Below, piece by piece: positions 22,025 through 31,879 of a stretch of DNA of 64,000 nucleotides (position 1 is its first letter; every line of letters starts with the position of its first letter). The notes beneath the pieces are model-generated. The model saw nothing but the letters and a program-made list of their open reading frames with translations. It had not been told where the DNA came from and made no database searches. A program made the position numbers and the translations under genes. The stretch comes from an uncultured Candidatus Rokubacteria bacterium. Lineage in GTDB: Bacteria; Methylomirabilota; Methylomirabilia; Rokubacteriales; CSP1-6. The stretch spans positions 1 to 64,000 of the forward strand of contig CAVYTA010000008.1 in NCBI GenBank assembly GCA_963771355.1, given 5' to 3'.

Positions 22025-23151
22025 GCGCGCGGCTCGACGTCCGCCTCCACAAAGAGCTCCCCGGCTTCACCCTCGACGTAGCGTGGAGCGCAGGCGACGG
22101 CGTCGCGGTGCTCTTCGGCCCCTCCGGAGCCGGCAAGAGCCTGACGCTCCAGTGCCTGGCGGGGCTGCTGCGGCCGGATGCAGGACGCATCACCGTGGAC
22201 CGCGAGGTGCTCTTCGACTCCGAGTCCGGCGTGAATCTTCCGCCGCAACGCCGCCGCGTCGGCTATGTCTTCCAGGGCTTCGCCCTCTTCCCCCACCTCA
22301 CCGTGGCCGAAAATATCGCCTTCGGGCTTCGCGACCGCCCGCGCGTCGAGCGGGAGGAGCGCGCGGCCGAGGTGCTCACGCGCCTCGGGCTCGGGGCCCT
22401 CGCCCATCGCCACCCCGGCGAGCTCTCGGGCGGGCAGCGGCAACGGGTGGCGCTCGGGCGAGCGCTCGCCCCCGACCCGGCATTGCTGCTCCTCGACGAG
22501 CCCCTGTCCGCGCTGGATCTGCCGTTGCGCCGCGCGCTGCGAGACGAGCTGCGGGCCGTCCTGACCCAGTGGGGGAAGGCGGCGGTGGTCGTCACCCACG
22601 ACGTGACGGAGGCCTACCGGCTCGGCGACCACATCGTGGTTTACGAGGAGGGCCGGGTGATCCAGTCCGCCCCGCGCGCGGAGCTGCTCTGGCAGCCGGC
22701 CTCGCAGGCGGTGGCGCGTATCATGGGTCTGGCCAACGTGGTCCAGGGCACCGTGCTCAAGGCCACGCCCGATCGCATCCAGCTCCGCTGGCGCGGCCAG
22801 ATCCTGGAAGCTGTCAACTCGCCCTTGCACTCCTATCTTCCTCCGCCGGACAGCCCGCTGGCCTTCTTCATCCGGCCGGAATACGTCCGCCTGATCCGGA
22901 AAGACCGCGGGCTCGCCGACCCGATGCATCACATGAACGTGATGCGAGGCCACATCGTGCGCGAGGCTGATTTCGGCACCACGTGGACGCTCTACATCCG
23001 CCTCGACGAGCCGGGCGAGCCCGCCCAGGGGGATTTCGACCTCGAGGTGGAGGTGCCGCACCTCGTCTACGAGATCCTGGAGATCGAGCGGGATCGGCAA
23101 TGGAACTTCTCCATCCATCGCGGCTCCATTCACGTGTTGCCGTCGGCATGA
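22021..23151 (+). CDS. modC: molybdate ABC transporter ATPase
   Basis: FGPSGAGKS, VNLPPQRRRVGYVFQ, LSGGQRQR; ATG 22021. Confidence 0.85.
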   Translation: MSARLDVRLHKELPGFTLDVAWSAGDGVAVLFGPSGAGKSLTLQCLAGLLRPDAGRITVDREVLFDSESGVNLPPQRRRVGYVFQGFALFPHLTVAENIAFGLRDRPRVEREERAAEVLTRLGLGALAHRHPGELSGGQRQRVALGRALAPDPALLLLDEPLSALDLPLRRALRDELRAVLTQWGKAAVVVTHDVTEAYRLGDHIVVYEEGRVIQSAPRAELLWQPASQAVARIMGLANVVQGTVLKATPDRIQLRWRGQILEAVNSPLHSYLPPPDSPLAFFIRPEYVRLIRKDRGLADPMHHMNVMRGHIVREADFGTTWTLYIRLDEPGEPAQGDFDLEVEVPHLVYEILEIERDRQWNFSIHRGSIHVLPSA

Positions 23152-24290
23152 GCGACGGGGCGACGCCGGTCATCGCGCTCGCCGGCGTGCGCGTGGTCCA
23201 TGGGGCGCGCGCCGTGCTGGACGTGCCCGCGCTCGCGGTGCAGGCTGGCGAGACCCTCGGCGTCATGGGCCCGAACGGCGCCGGCAAGTCGACCCTCCTC
23301 CGCGTGCTCGGCCTCCTCGAGCCGCCTGCCACGGGCACGGTGCGTTTTCGCGGCGAGGTGGTGACGCCGGCCCAAGGCCTGCCAGTGCGCCGGCGCATGG
23401 CGAGCGTGTTCCAGGAGCCGCTGCTCGCCGACGCCACCGTGTTCGACAACGCGGCCATGGGCCTGCGCTTCCGCGGCGTCCCGCGGGCGGACGCCCGTCC
23501 GCGCGTCCATGCCTGGCTGGAGCGCTTCGGCATCGGCGCCCTCGGTGACCGCCAGGCGCGCACGCTCTCGGGGGGCGAGGCGCAGCGCGTGGCGCTGGCC
23601 CGGGCGCTCGTCGTGGAGCCCGAGCTCCTGCTCCTCGACGAGCCCTTCGCGGCCCTCGATCAGCCCACGCGCGAGTCGCTCATCCAGGACCTGCGCGGGG
23701 TCCTCCGCGCCGACCGCGTGACCACGGTGCTGGTGACCCACCATCGGGGCGAGGCCCTGGCGCTGGGGGACCGCCTCGCCGTTCTCATCGGCGGCTGTAT
23801 CCTTCAGGTGGGGCCGGCGGCCCAGGTCTTCCAGGCGCCCGATTCGGAAGAGGTGGCGCGCTTCGTCGGACTCGAGACCATCCTCGCCGGCCGCGTGCGA
23901 GAGCGCCGGGACGGCCGGATCCTGGTGGACGCGGAGGGTCATGCGTTCGAGGTGGCAGCGGCCGGCGAGCCGGGCGAGCGCGTCCAGCTCGCGCTCCGCC
24001 CCGAGGACGTGCGGCTCGCGCGCGCGGGGGTCGCTCCGGGCGCGGCCAACTGCCTGGCGGGCCGGGTCGCCCACGTCGTGCCCGCTCCGCTGCATGTCCG
24101 CGTCGTGGTTGACTGCGGAATGCCGGTGGTGGCCGTCGTCACGCACCGGAAGGCCGCCGACCTGGCCCTCGTGCCCGGGATGCCGGTGACGGTGTCGTTC
24201 GCGCCGGAGTCGCCGCACGTGCTTCGATCCTCCGGCGCGCCTCCTCGCGCCGCGCCGAGTCTTGACACTGCCACGGGCGTGGGGATATAA
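23148..24290 (+). CDS. ABC ATPase with C-terminal TOBE domain, probable TupC
   Basis: GPNGAGKST, LSGGEAQR, LLLDEP; only spare ATPase for tupAB. Confidence 0.8.
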   Translation: MSDGATPVIALAGVRVVHGARAVLDVPALAVQAGETLGVMGPNGAGKSTLLRVLGLLEPPATGTVRFRGEVVTPAQGLPVRRRMASVFQEPLLADATVFDNAAMGLRFRGVPRADARPRVHAWLERFGIGALGDRQARTLSGGEAQRVALARALVVEPELLLLDEPFAALDQPTRESLIQDLRGVLRADRVTTVLVTHHRGEALALGDRLAVLIGGCILQVGPAAQVFQAPDSEEVARFVGLETILAGRVRERRDGRILVDAEGHAFEVAAAGEPGERVQLALRPEDVRLARAGVAPGAANCLAGRVAHVVPAPLHVRVVVDCGMPVVAVVTHRKAADLALVPGMPVTVSFAPESPHVLRSSGAPPRAAPSLDTATGVGI

Positions 24291-24291
24291 G
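24262..24291 (+). promoter_or_regulatory. sigma70-like promoter for DUF465-moaC-acuC
   Basis: TTGACA(24262)-N18-TATAAG(24286). Confidence 0.55.
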
Positions 24292-24336
24292 GGCCTTAAT
24301 CGCCCAGGCTCAACCCCTTCCACGGGGAGGACACAC

Positions 24337-24567
24337 ATGCCGGAGACGGAAGCGCTAATCGAGCGGCTGGCCGCCGACAACCACGAGTTCCGCAAGCTCC
24401 GCGACGAGCACCGCACCTATGAGGAAGAACTCGGGGTGCTCAACAGTCGCGGTTTCCTCTCGGCGGATCAGCACTGGCGAGTCAGCGAGCTCAAAAAGCT
24501 CAAGCTGATCGCGAAAGACCGCATGGAGGCGATGGTCCGGCAGGCTCGCGCTTCCGCGCACGCCTGA
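24337..24567 (+). CDS. DUF465/YdcH-like small coiled-coil protein
   Basis: FRKLRDEH...LKKLKLIAKD; GGGAGG RBS. Confidence 0.8.
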   Translation: MPETEALIERLAADNHEFRKLRDEHRTYEEELGVLNSRGFLSADQHWRVSELKKLKLIAKDRMEAMVRQARASAHA

Positions 24568-24590
24568 CCGGCGTTCTCGTCTCCTGAACG

Positions 24591-25112
24591 ATGGCTTCCT
24601 CCCGGGGGAGTGCCGGCTTCCGCGGCCTCTCGCACCTCACCCCGGCCGGGGAGGCCCGGATGGTGGACGTCTCCGCAAAGGCGGAGACCGTCCGTGAGGC
24701 GGTTGCCCGCGCCACGCTGCACGTCAAGCCCGCGACGCTGACCGCGGTCCGGGCGGGCCAGATGGCCAAGGGCGATGTGCTCGGGGTCGCCCGCACCGCC
24801 GGCATCATGGCCGCCAAGCGCACGCCGGACCTCATCCCGCTCTGCCATCCCCTTCGCATCACCGGCGTGGACGTCACCTTCGCGCTGGAGACCAAGGCCT
24901 CCGTCATCCGGGTGGAGGCGCGCGTGCGGACGGTGGACAAGACCGGGGTGGAGATGGAGGCCCTCACCGCCTGCGCGGTGGCCAGCCTCACCGTCTACGA
25001 CATGGTCAAGGCGGTGGACCGCGGGGTGACCATCACCGACCTGCGACTGGTTGAAAAATCCGGCGGCAAGAGCGGGCACTGGAAGCGCCCCCCGGACGGA
25101 GCCTCCCGGTGA
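24591..25112 (+). CDS. moaC: cyclic pyranopterin monophosphate synthase
   Basis: LSHL...MVDVSAK, LIPLCHP, TGVEMEALT, YDMVKAVD, KSGG. Confidence 0.96.
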   Translation: MASSRGSAGFRGLSHLTPAGEARMVDVSAKAETVREAVARATLHVKPATLTAVRAGQMAKGDVLGVARTAGIMAAKRTPDLIPLCHPLRITGVDVTFALETKASVIRVEARVRTVDKTGVEMEALTACAVASLTVYDMVKAVDRGVTITDLRLVEKSGGKSGHWKRPPDGASR

Positions 25113-26236
25113 GAACCGCCATCATCTACTCGGAGGAGTGGCGGCGCTTCGACTACGGCCCCGAGCACCCGCTGCGCATGGAGCGGCTCGGCCTCACGTG
25201 GTCGCTGATGGAAGCCTACGGCCTCACCACGCTGCCACGCGCCAAGGTGCTGGCACCCGAGATCGCCGACGTGCCGGCCATCACGCGCTTCCACGGGCGC
25301 GAGTATGTGGACATCCTGCGCGCGGTGAGCGCGGGCGACTGGGTGCCGCATGCCGCGCGCTATGGGCTGGGCCCCGGCGACAATCCGATCTTTCCCGGCC
25401 TCTGGGAGGCCGCCCAGCTCGTGGCCGGCGGGTCTCTCCTCGCCGCGCGCCTGGTCGCGGACGGCGAGGTCGACCGCGCCTTCCACTTCGCCGGCGGCCT
25501 CCACCACGCCATGCCCGATCGCGCGTCCGGCTTCTGCTATGTCAACGACGCGGTGCTGGCCATCCTGGCCCTCCGCCAGCGCGGGCTCAAGGTCGCCTAC
25601 GTGGACATCGATGCGCACCACGGCGACGGCGTGCAGTTCGCGTTCTACGGCGACCCCAATGTGCTGACCATCTCCACCCACGAGCGTGGCGACCGGCTCT
25701 TTCCCGGCACCGGATTCGTGGATGAGCGGGGTGAGGGCGCCGGGGTGGGCTACTCGGTGAACCTGCCGCTCCAGCCCTTCACCGACGACGCGGTGTACTT
25801 GCCCGCCTTCGAGTCGGTGGTGCCGCCCCTCCTGCGCGCCTTCGCGCCCGACGTGACGGTGATCCAGCTCGGCATCGACTCGCATCGCACCGACCCGCTC
25901 ACCCATCTGGCCCTCACCGTGCAGGGCTTCGGGAGCGCGCTGGGGCGGGTCCTCGAGATGTCGCCCCGGGTGGTGGCACTGGGCGGGGGCGGCTACGACC
26001 TCGTCAACGTGGCGCGCGCGTGGACGGCGGCATGGGCCGCCCTCAACGGCATGACCTTGCCCGATGCGCTCCCGCTCGCCATGCATCAGGACTTGGGTGC
26101 GCGTGGTCTCGACTCTCTCACCCTGTCCGATTCGCCCGCCGAATTACCCGCGGACACGCGTCGCTGGGCCGAGGACTATGCAGCCCGACAGGTGCGCAGT
26201 ATCCGTGAGCAGATCTTCCCGCTCCACGGCCTGTGA
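25109..26236 (+). CDS. acuC: AcuC-like histone-deacetylase-family protein
   Basis: HPLRMER, GGLHHA, SGFCYVND, DIDAHHGDG, GGGGY. Confidence 0.88.
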   Translation: MRTAIIYSEEWRRFDYGPEHPLRMERLGLTWSLMEAYGLTTLPRAKVLAPEIADVPAITRFHGREYVDILRAVSAGDWVPHAARYGLGPGDNPIFPGLWEAAQLVAGGSLLAARLVADGEVDRAFHFAGGLHHAMPDRASGFCYVNDAVLAILALRQRGLKVAYVDIDAHHGDGVQFAFYGDPNVLTISTHERGDRLFPGTGFVDERGEGAGVGYSVNLPLQPFTDDAVYLPAFESVVPPLLRAFAPDVTVIQLGIDSHRTDPLTHLALTVQGFGSALGRVLEMSPRVVALGGGGYDLVNVARAWTAAWAALNGMTLPDALPLAMHQDLGARGLDSLTLSDSPAELPADTRRWAEDYAARQVRSIREQIFPLHGL

Positions 26237-26320
26237 TCGCCCTCCATAGCTTGTAGCGACCCGCCGTCCCCACACCTCGGGGAAATCTGGTACCTGGCTG
26301 GAATCCTGTCCCTTTCCGGC

Positions 26321-26336
26321 TGGCGTCGCCCTTGCA
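26321..26336 (+). promoter_or_regulatory. sigma54-type (-24/-12) promoter
   Basis: TGGCGT-CGCCC-TTGCA with GG-N10-GC spacing, upstream of the receiver gene. Confidence 0.6.
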
Positions 26337-26367
26337 CTGCTCAGGGAAGGAGGCATATGGTCCCTGT

Positions 26368-26757
26368 ATGAGTGCACAGATAATTCGCGGAAAGCGCATC
26401 CTGGTCGTGGAGGACGAGCCCATCATCGCGGGCCTCCTCGCCGACATGCTCATGGCTGATGGCCACGAGGTCGACGCGGTGAATACCGGCCGCGCGGCGC
26501 TGGAGCGGCTGGCGGACCAGGCCTACGACCTCATCGTGAGTGATCTGCGGATGCCTGTGCTGGACGGCCGGGGGCTCTACCGTGAGCTCCAGGCCAACCG
26601 TCCGGAGTTGCTCCGGCGCATCCTCTTCGTGACGGGGAGCGCGCTGGACCCCGGCAACGAGGAGTTCCTCGCGAGGACGGGGGTGCCGTGGCTGGCCAAG
26701 CCGTTTTCCATCGGCGACCTGCACCGTCTCACCCAGAAGGTGCTTGCCGGCGGCTGA
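26368..26757 (+). CDS. single-domain response regulator (receiver)
   Basis: ILVVEDE, DLIVSDLRMP, FVTG, AKPF. Confidence 0.9.
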   Translation: MSAQIIRGKRILVVEDEPIIAGLLADMLMADGHEVDAVNTGRAALERLADQAYDLIVSDLRMPVLDGRGLYRELQANRPELLRRILFVTGSALDPGNEEFLARTGVPWLAKPFSIGDLHRLTQKVLAGG

Positions 26758-26812
26758 TTCGGCTCCACCCGCCGTCATTGGCCTCGGAAATTCAATGTGT
26801 TAGAGTGTGCCA

Positions 26813-27451
26813 ATGCGGGGCGTGCTCATCACGGTCGAAGGCGTCGAGGGTTCCGGTAAGACCACCCAGTGCCGACGGCTCGCCGAGCGGCTCCGCGCGC
26901 GCGGGCTCGAGGTGGTGGAGACCAGCGAGCCCGACGGCACCCCGCTGGGCGGCGCCATCCGCAAGCACTTCGAGGGAGACGGCCCGCGGCCCACCCCGCT
27001 CACCCAGGCCTTCCTCTTCATGGCCGCCCGCCAGCAGCACGTGGCCCAGGTGATCGGCCCCGCGCTGGCCCGCGGCGCCGTGGTGCTATCGGATCGGTAC
27101 ACCGACGCCACGCTCGCCTACCAGGGCTATGGCCAGGGCCTGGATCTCCAGACGATACGGGACCTGAACGTTCTCGCGACCGGCGGCCTCATGCCCGATC
27201 TCACGCTGCTGCTCGACCTCGATCCCGGCACGGGAATGCAGCGCATCGCCGGCCGGCCGCTCGATGCCTTCGAGCGCATGGATCTCGACTTCCATCGCCG
27301 GGTGCGGGAGGGCTATCTGGAGATCGCCCGGGCCGACAAGCGCCGGGTGCTCGTCTTCGATGCCGCCGGCCATCCGGACGGCCTGCACGCGGAGATCGCG
27401 CGCGGAGTGGACGAGGCGCTCGGCCGGAGGGAGCCGCGGCATGGCGCCTGA
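26813..27451 (+). CDS. tmk: thymidylate kinase
   Basis: EGVEGSGKTT, SDRY, AYQGYG, PDLTLLLD. Confidence 0.95.
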   Translation: MRGVLITVEGVEGSGKTTQCRRLAERLRARGLEVVETSEPDGTPLGGAIRKHFEGDGPRPTPLTQAFLFMAARQQHVAQVIGPALARGAVVLSDRYTDATLAYQGYGQGLDLQTIRDLNVLATGGLMPDLTLLLDLDPGTGMQRIAGRPLDAFERMDLDFHRRVREGYLEIARADKRRVLVFDAAGHPDGLHAEIARGVDEALGRREPRHGA

Positions 27452-28385
27452 GCGGATCGCGCCCGTCTCTCTCGCCGAGGGTGACCTCTTCGGGGGTCTC
27501 GGCCATCAGCCCCAGGCGGTGGAGCATCTCCGCCACGCGCTGGCCAGCGGCCACGTCGCGCACGCCTACGCCTTCGTGGGGCCGCATGGCTCCGGCCGCA
27601 AGGCCGCCGCGCTCGCCTTCGCCACCGCGCTCGTCACACGAGATGCGGGAACCGGCGCGCGGACGGCGGATCGTGTGGCGCGGGGCGTGCACCCCGACGT
27701 GCATCTCCTCCAGCCCACGCCGCCCGAGTCCAATCCCAAGGGTGCGCCGGCTCATCGCGTGGATGGTGTCCGCGAGCTCGAGCGGCTGGCCGCCCTGCGT
27801 CCCGCCGAGGCGCCGGTGAAGGTGTTCATCGTGGACGAGGCCGAGAAGATGACCCTCGCCACCCCGCAGGCCTTCCTCAAGACGCTGGAGGAGCCGCCGG
27901 CCCGGACGGTGATCATCCTCATCCTGGCCCAGGCGGGCGCGCTGCCGGCCACCGTGCTCTCGCGCTGCCAGATCGTCCGCTTCCTGCCCACGCCCGCGGA
28001 GGGCACCCTGGCCCTCCTGCCCGACGGACGGGGCGAGCCGCGGGAGCGCGCGCTGGAGATGCTCGCGAAGGTGGAGGCGGGCGGCGGCGCCGCCGTGCTC
28101 GCGAGTGGGGAAGCGCTGGGCCGCGACCGCGAGGCGGCGGAGACCGTGGTCGAGACCTGCTGGCTCTGGTACCGCGATCTCCTGGCGGCGCAGGCGCATC
28201 CCGCGCCGCCGCTGGTCTTCGCCGAGCGCGCGGAGGCGGTGCGCGCCCGCGCCGCCGCGCTCTCGCTGGACGACATCGTGCGGGGCCTGTCCGCCTGCCG
28301 CGAAGCTCGGCTGGCCATCCTCGGCAATGTCTCGCCCCGCCTCTCCGTCGAAATCCTCCTGAGCCGCCTCGCCACGGCGGCATGA
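27441..28385 (+). CDS. holB: DNA polymerase III delta' subunit
   Basis: HAYAFVGPHGSG, HPD, FLKTLEEPP, TVLSRC; follows tmk. Confidence 0.9.
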   Translation: MAPERIAPVSLAEGDLFGGLGHQPQAVEHLRHALASGHVAHAYAFVGPHGSGRKAAALAFATALVTRDAGTGARTADRVARGVHPDVHLLQPTPPESNPKGAPAHRVDGVRELERLAALRPAEAPVKVFIVDEAEKMTLATPQAFLKTLEEPPARTVIILILAQAGALPATVLSRCQIVRFLPTPAEGTLALLPDGRGEPRERALEMLAKVEAGGGAAVLASGEALGRDREAAETVVETCWLWYRDLLAAQAHPAPPLVFAERAEAVRARAAALSLDDIVRGLSACREARLAILGNVSPRLSVEILLSRLATAA

Positions 28386-28392
28386 GATAGCC

Positions 28393-29247
28393 ATGGACGA
28401 AGAAACCGCGACGGCCTACCTGATCGGCATCCGGCTCCGCGAGCCGCTGATGGCCGAGGACTATCTCCTCACCGACCTCGAGCTTCACGTGGGCGACTTC
28501 GGCGTGGTGGAAACGGGCGGGAGCCCCTCGGTGGGCCAGGTCAAGCGGCCCCGGCGCCCGCTGCCCGACTTCAAGAAGGACCGGCTCTACCGCCGGGTGG
28601 TCCGGGCGGCCACGCCTGCGGAAGCCGAGGAGTGGCGGCAGCGGCGCCTGCGCGAGCTGCGCGGGGTGGAGACCAGCCAGCGCCTGGCGCGGAGCCGCGG
28701 GCTCCAGATCAAGGTGGTGGACGTGGCCATCGAGGCGGCGAGCCGCCGCGTCACGGTGGCGTTCAACTCCGAGGAGCGGGTGGACTTCCGTGACCTCGTG
28801 CGCGATCTCGCTCACGAGTTCCACGCGCGGATCGAGATGAAGCAGATCGGCGCCCGGGACACCACCAAGCTCATGGACGGCATCGGGCCCTGCGGGCGGC
28901 AGCTCTGCTGCTCGTCCCACCTCAAGAAGTTCGACCCCATCTCCGTGAAGATGGCCAAGGCCCAGGACATGCCGCTCACCGACAGCCGCCTCCTCGGCAA
29001 TTGCGGCCGGCTCAAGTGCTGCCTCCTCTACGAGTTCTCCACCTATGAGGAGCTGCGGCGGCGCCTGCCCAAGGTGGGCACCGCCTGCCAGGCGGAGTGC
29101 GGGGGCTCGGGCTGCATGACGGGCCGGATCAAGTCGCTCCGCGTGCTCAAGCAGGCGGTGGTGGTGGGCTTCCAGGACGGCACCGAGGCCGAGGTGCCGC
29201 TGGACCAGGTGACGTGGGAGGGGCGGCCGCATATCAAGCCGGAGTGA
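28393..29247 (+). CDS. ricT: PSP1-domain RicT/YaaT family Fe-S regulatory protein
   Basis: RVDFRDLV, RIEMKQIG, GPCGRQLCC, CGRLKCCL. Confidence 0.88.
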   Translation: MDEETATAYLIGIRLREPLMAEDYLLTDLELHVGDFGVVETGGSPSVGQVKRPRRPLPDFKKDRLYRRVVRAATPAEAEEWRQRRLRELRGVETSQRLARSRGLQIKVVDVAIEAASRRVTVAFNSEERVDFRDLVRDLAHEFHARIEMKQIGARDTTKLMDGIGPCGRQLCCSSHLKKFDPISVKMAKAQDMPLTDSRLLGNCGRLKCCLLYEFSTYEELRRRLPKVGTACQAECGGSGCMTGRIKSLRVLKQAVVVGFQDGTEAEVPLDQVTWEGRPHIKPE

Positions 29248-29260
29248 CCGCCGGCCGACC

Positions 29261-31156
29261 ATGAGCGACAACTTCTACCTCACCACGCCGATCTACTATC
29301 CCAACGCCCCGCCGCATCTCGGCAGCGCGGGGACCACCATGATGGCCGACGCCATGTGCCGGTACCATCGGCTGCACGGGGACCGCGTGTGGTTCCTCAC
29401 CGGCACCGACGAGCACGGGGACAAGATCGCCCAGGTCGCGGCCAAGGAAGGCCTCTCGCCCCAGTTGTTCGTCGACCGGATCGCCGCGCTCTACCAGGAG
29501 GAGTGGCGGCGGCTCGGCATCACCAACGACGACTTCATCCGCACCACCGAGCCGCGCCACGAGAAGGTGGTGCAGCAAATCCTCCAGGATCTGTGGGACC
29601 GGGGCGAGATCTATCTCGGCGAGTACTCGGGCCAGTATTGCTACGGCTGCGAGCGCTTCTACACCGAGAAGGAGATCGTGGACGGGAAGTGCCCCGATCA
29701 CCAGACGGCGCTGACCTTCATCAAGGAGAATAACTACCTTTTCCGGATGTCCAAGTACCAGGCCCGGCTGGTCAAGCACCTCGAGGACCATCCGGACTTC
29801 ATCCAGCCGGATCGGTACCGCAACGAGGTGCTGGGCTTCCTGCGCGAGCCGCTGCAGGACCTCTCCATCAGCCGGCCGCGGGCGCGGCTCGAGTGGGGCA
29901 TTCCCTTGCCCTTCGACGAGAGCCACGTCACCTATGTCTGGTTCGACGCCCTCATCAATTACGTCTCCGCCCTCGGCTATCCGGACGGTGAAAAGTACAA
30001 GACCTTCTGGCCACGGGCCATCCACCTCATCGGCAAGGACATCGTCAAGGCGCACGGGATCTACTGGCCCACCATGCTCTGGGCGGCCAACCTGCCGCTC
30101 TATCGTGGGCTGCGCGTCCACGGCTTCTGGTCGGTGGAGGGGCGGAAGATGTCCAAGTCCCTCGGCAACGTGGTGGGGGCGTGGACGCTGGCCGAGAAAT
30201 ACGGGCGCGAGGTCATCCGCTACTTCGTCCTGCGCGAGATGCCGTTCGGCCTCGATGCCGACTTCAGCGAGGAGGCGGTGGTGGGACGGCTCAACGCCGA
30301 CCTCGCCAATGATCTCGGCAACCTCGTGAGCCGCGCCACCACCGTCATCGTGAACTTCGGCGGCGGCGCGGTGCCCGCGCCCGGGCCCCCCGGGCCCGAG
30401 GAGGCCGCCCTCGCCGAGGCGTGGGGGCGGGCGCGGGGCGACGTGGCGAAGGCGATGGACGAGTTCGCCTTTCACCGCGCGCTCGCCGCCATCTGGGAGT
30501 TCATCGGGGGCGTGAACCGCTACGTGGACACGCAGGCCCCGTGGACGCTGGCCAAGGATCCCGCCCGCGCGGAGCGCCTGCGCACGGTCCTGTGGACCCT
30601 GGCGGAGTCGCTGCGCGGCCTGGGCATCGTTCTCGATCCTTTCCTGCCCGAGGCCGCGGGCAAGATCCGCGCGGCGATCGGCGCCCCCGCGCCACGGCTC
30701 GCCGACGCCGAGTGGGGTCGGCTCGCCGCGGGGGGCAGGGTCACCAAGCTCTCCGGTCTCTTCCCTCGAGTGGAGGTCAAGGTGGTCGATTCCGCGAAGA
30801 GTCCCGACACGTCGCCGGCGGCGGCCACGTCGCCGCGCATCTCCCTCGCCGACTTCCAGAAGATCGATCTCCGGGTGGCGGAGGTGCTCGCGGCGGAAAA
30901 AGTGCCGAAGTCCAAGAAGCTGCTCAAGCTCACGGTGAAGGTGGGCGAGGAGACGCGGACGCTGGTGGCGGGCATCGCGGAGCACTACGCCCCGGAGGCG
31001 GTGGTGGGCCGCAAGGTCGTGATCGTGGCCAATCTCGAGCCGGCCACCCTCATGGGCGTCGAGTCCAACGGCATGGTCCTCGCGGGCTCGAGCGAGAGCA
31101 CGCTCGGGCTGGTGGCGCTGGACAGGGAGCTTCCCCCGGGCGCCAAGGTCAAGTAG
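29261..31156 (+). CDS. metG: methionine--tRNA ligase with C-terminal tRNA-binding domain
   Basis: TTPIYY, HLGS (HIGH variant), GTDEHG, YVWFDAL, KMSKS. Confidence 0.96.
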   Translation: MSDNFYLTTPIYYPNAPPHLGSAGTTMMADAMCRYHRLHGDRVWFLTGTDEHGDKIAQVAAKEGLSPQLFVDRIAALYQEEWRRLGITNDDFIRTTEPRHEKVVQQILQDLWDRGEIYLGEYSGQYCYGCERFYTEKEIVDGKCPDHQTALTFIKENNYLFRMSKYQARLVKHLEDHPDFIQPDRYRNEVLGFLREPLQDLSISRPRARLEWGIPLPFDESHVTYVWFDALINYVSALGYPDGEKYKTFWPRAIHLIGKDIVKAHGIYWPTMLWAANLPLYRGLRVHGFWSVEGRKMSKSLGNVVGAWTLAEKYGREVIRYFVLREMPFGLDADFSEEAVVGRLNADLANDLGNLVSRATTVIVNFGGGAVPAPGPPGPEEAALAEAWGRARGDVAKAMDEFAFHRALAAIWEFIGGVNRYVDTQAPWTLAKDPARAERLRTVLWTLAESLRGLGIVLDPFLPEAAGKIRAAIGAPAPRLADAEWGRLAAGGRVTKLSGLFPRVEVKVVDSAKSPDTSPAAATSPRISLADFQKIDLRVAEVLAAEKVPKSKKLLKLTVKVGEETRTLVAGIAEHYAPEAVVGRKVVIVANLEPATLMGVESNGMVLAGSSESTLGLVALDRELPPGAKVK

Positions 31157-31879
31157 GTGCGGGCCGTCCTCGGCGAGACGGGCCGTCTGCTCGCTACCAA
31201 TCTCCACCTCTTCACCCTGATCGCGCTCACGGTGTGGCTGCCCGGCCACCTCACGCTCAACTACCTCGAGTTCTTCGGGCCCCCGGACGACCAGAGCCAT
31301 CAGCCCCTGCGCATCGGCTTCGTGTTGCAGGCCTTCTTCGACCCGCTGGTGGTGGCGGCGGTGATCTCCGCGCTGGCCCGCCTCAAGTCCGGCCTGCCCG
31401 CCACCTACCTGGAGGTGCTGCGCGAGGGTCTGCGGGCCTGGCCCCGGCTCATCGCGGTGCGGCTGGTCATCTACACCGTGGTGGCGGTGCCGCTGGCCCT
31501 GGGGCTGGCGCTGAGCCCGCCCGGCCGTCCCAACGTGGCGGGCGGCCTGCTGGCCGCAGCACTGGGCGCGCTCGCCATCGTCTTCCTGGTCCGCATCGCG
31601 GTGATCGACTCGGTGGTGGTGCTGGAGGGCGCCACCCTCCGCACCGCGTGGGCCCGCGCCAGCGCGCTCACCCGCGGCCGCCGCGGGCAGATCTTCGGCG
31701 TCATGCTCGCGCTCATCGTCCTGCTCGTCTCGGCGGTCCTGGGCCTCGGCCTCGCCTTCAAGCACGAGCCGCAGCTCAATCACTTCGTGGTGCGCGTGCT
31801 CCTGGACTGCGTGCTCACCGTGCTGCAGCTGCCGTTCTCCATCGCCGGCTTCCTCTTCTACTGGCGCGCGCGCGGATGA
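31157..31879 (+). CDS. hypothetical integral membrane protein
   Basis: About six hydrophobic segments; GTG directly after metG stop. Confidence 0.7.
   Translation: MRAVLGETGRLLATNLHLFTLIALTVWLPGHLTLNYLEFFGPPDDQSHQPLRIGFVLQAFFDPLVVAAVISALARLKSGLPATYLEVLREGLRAWPRLIAVRLVIYTVVAVPLALGLALSPPGRPNVAGGLLAAALGALAIVFLVRIAVIDSVVVLEGATLRTAWARASALTRGRRGQIFGVMLALIVLLVSAVLGLGLAFKHEPQLNHFVVRVLLDCVLTVLQLPFSIAGFLFYWRARG

Noticed and set aside
29300..29335. MetRS HLGS instead of HIGH as a sign of inactivation
   Set aside because: HxGS variants occur in functional MetRS; KMSKS and other motifs are intact
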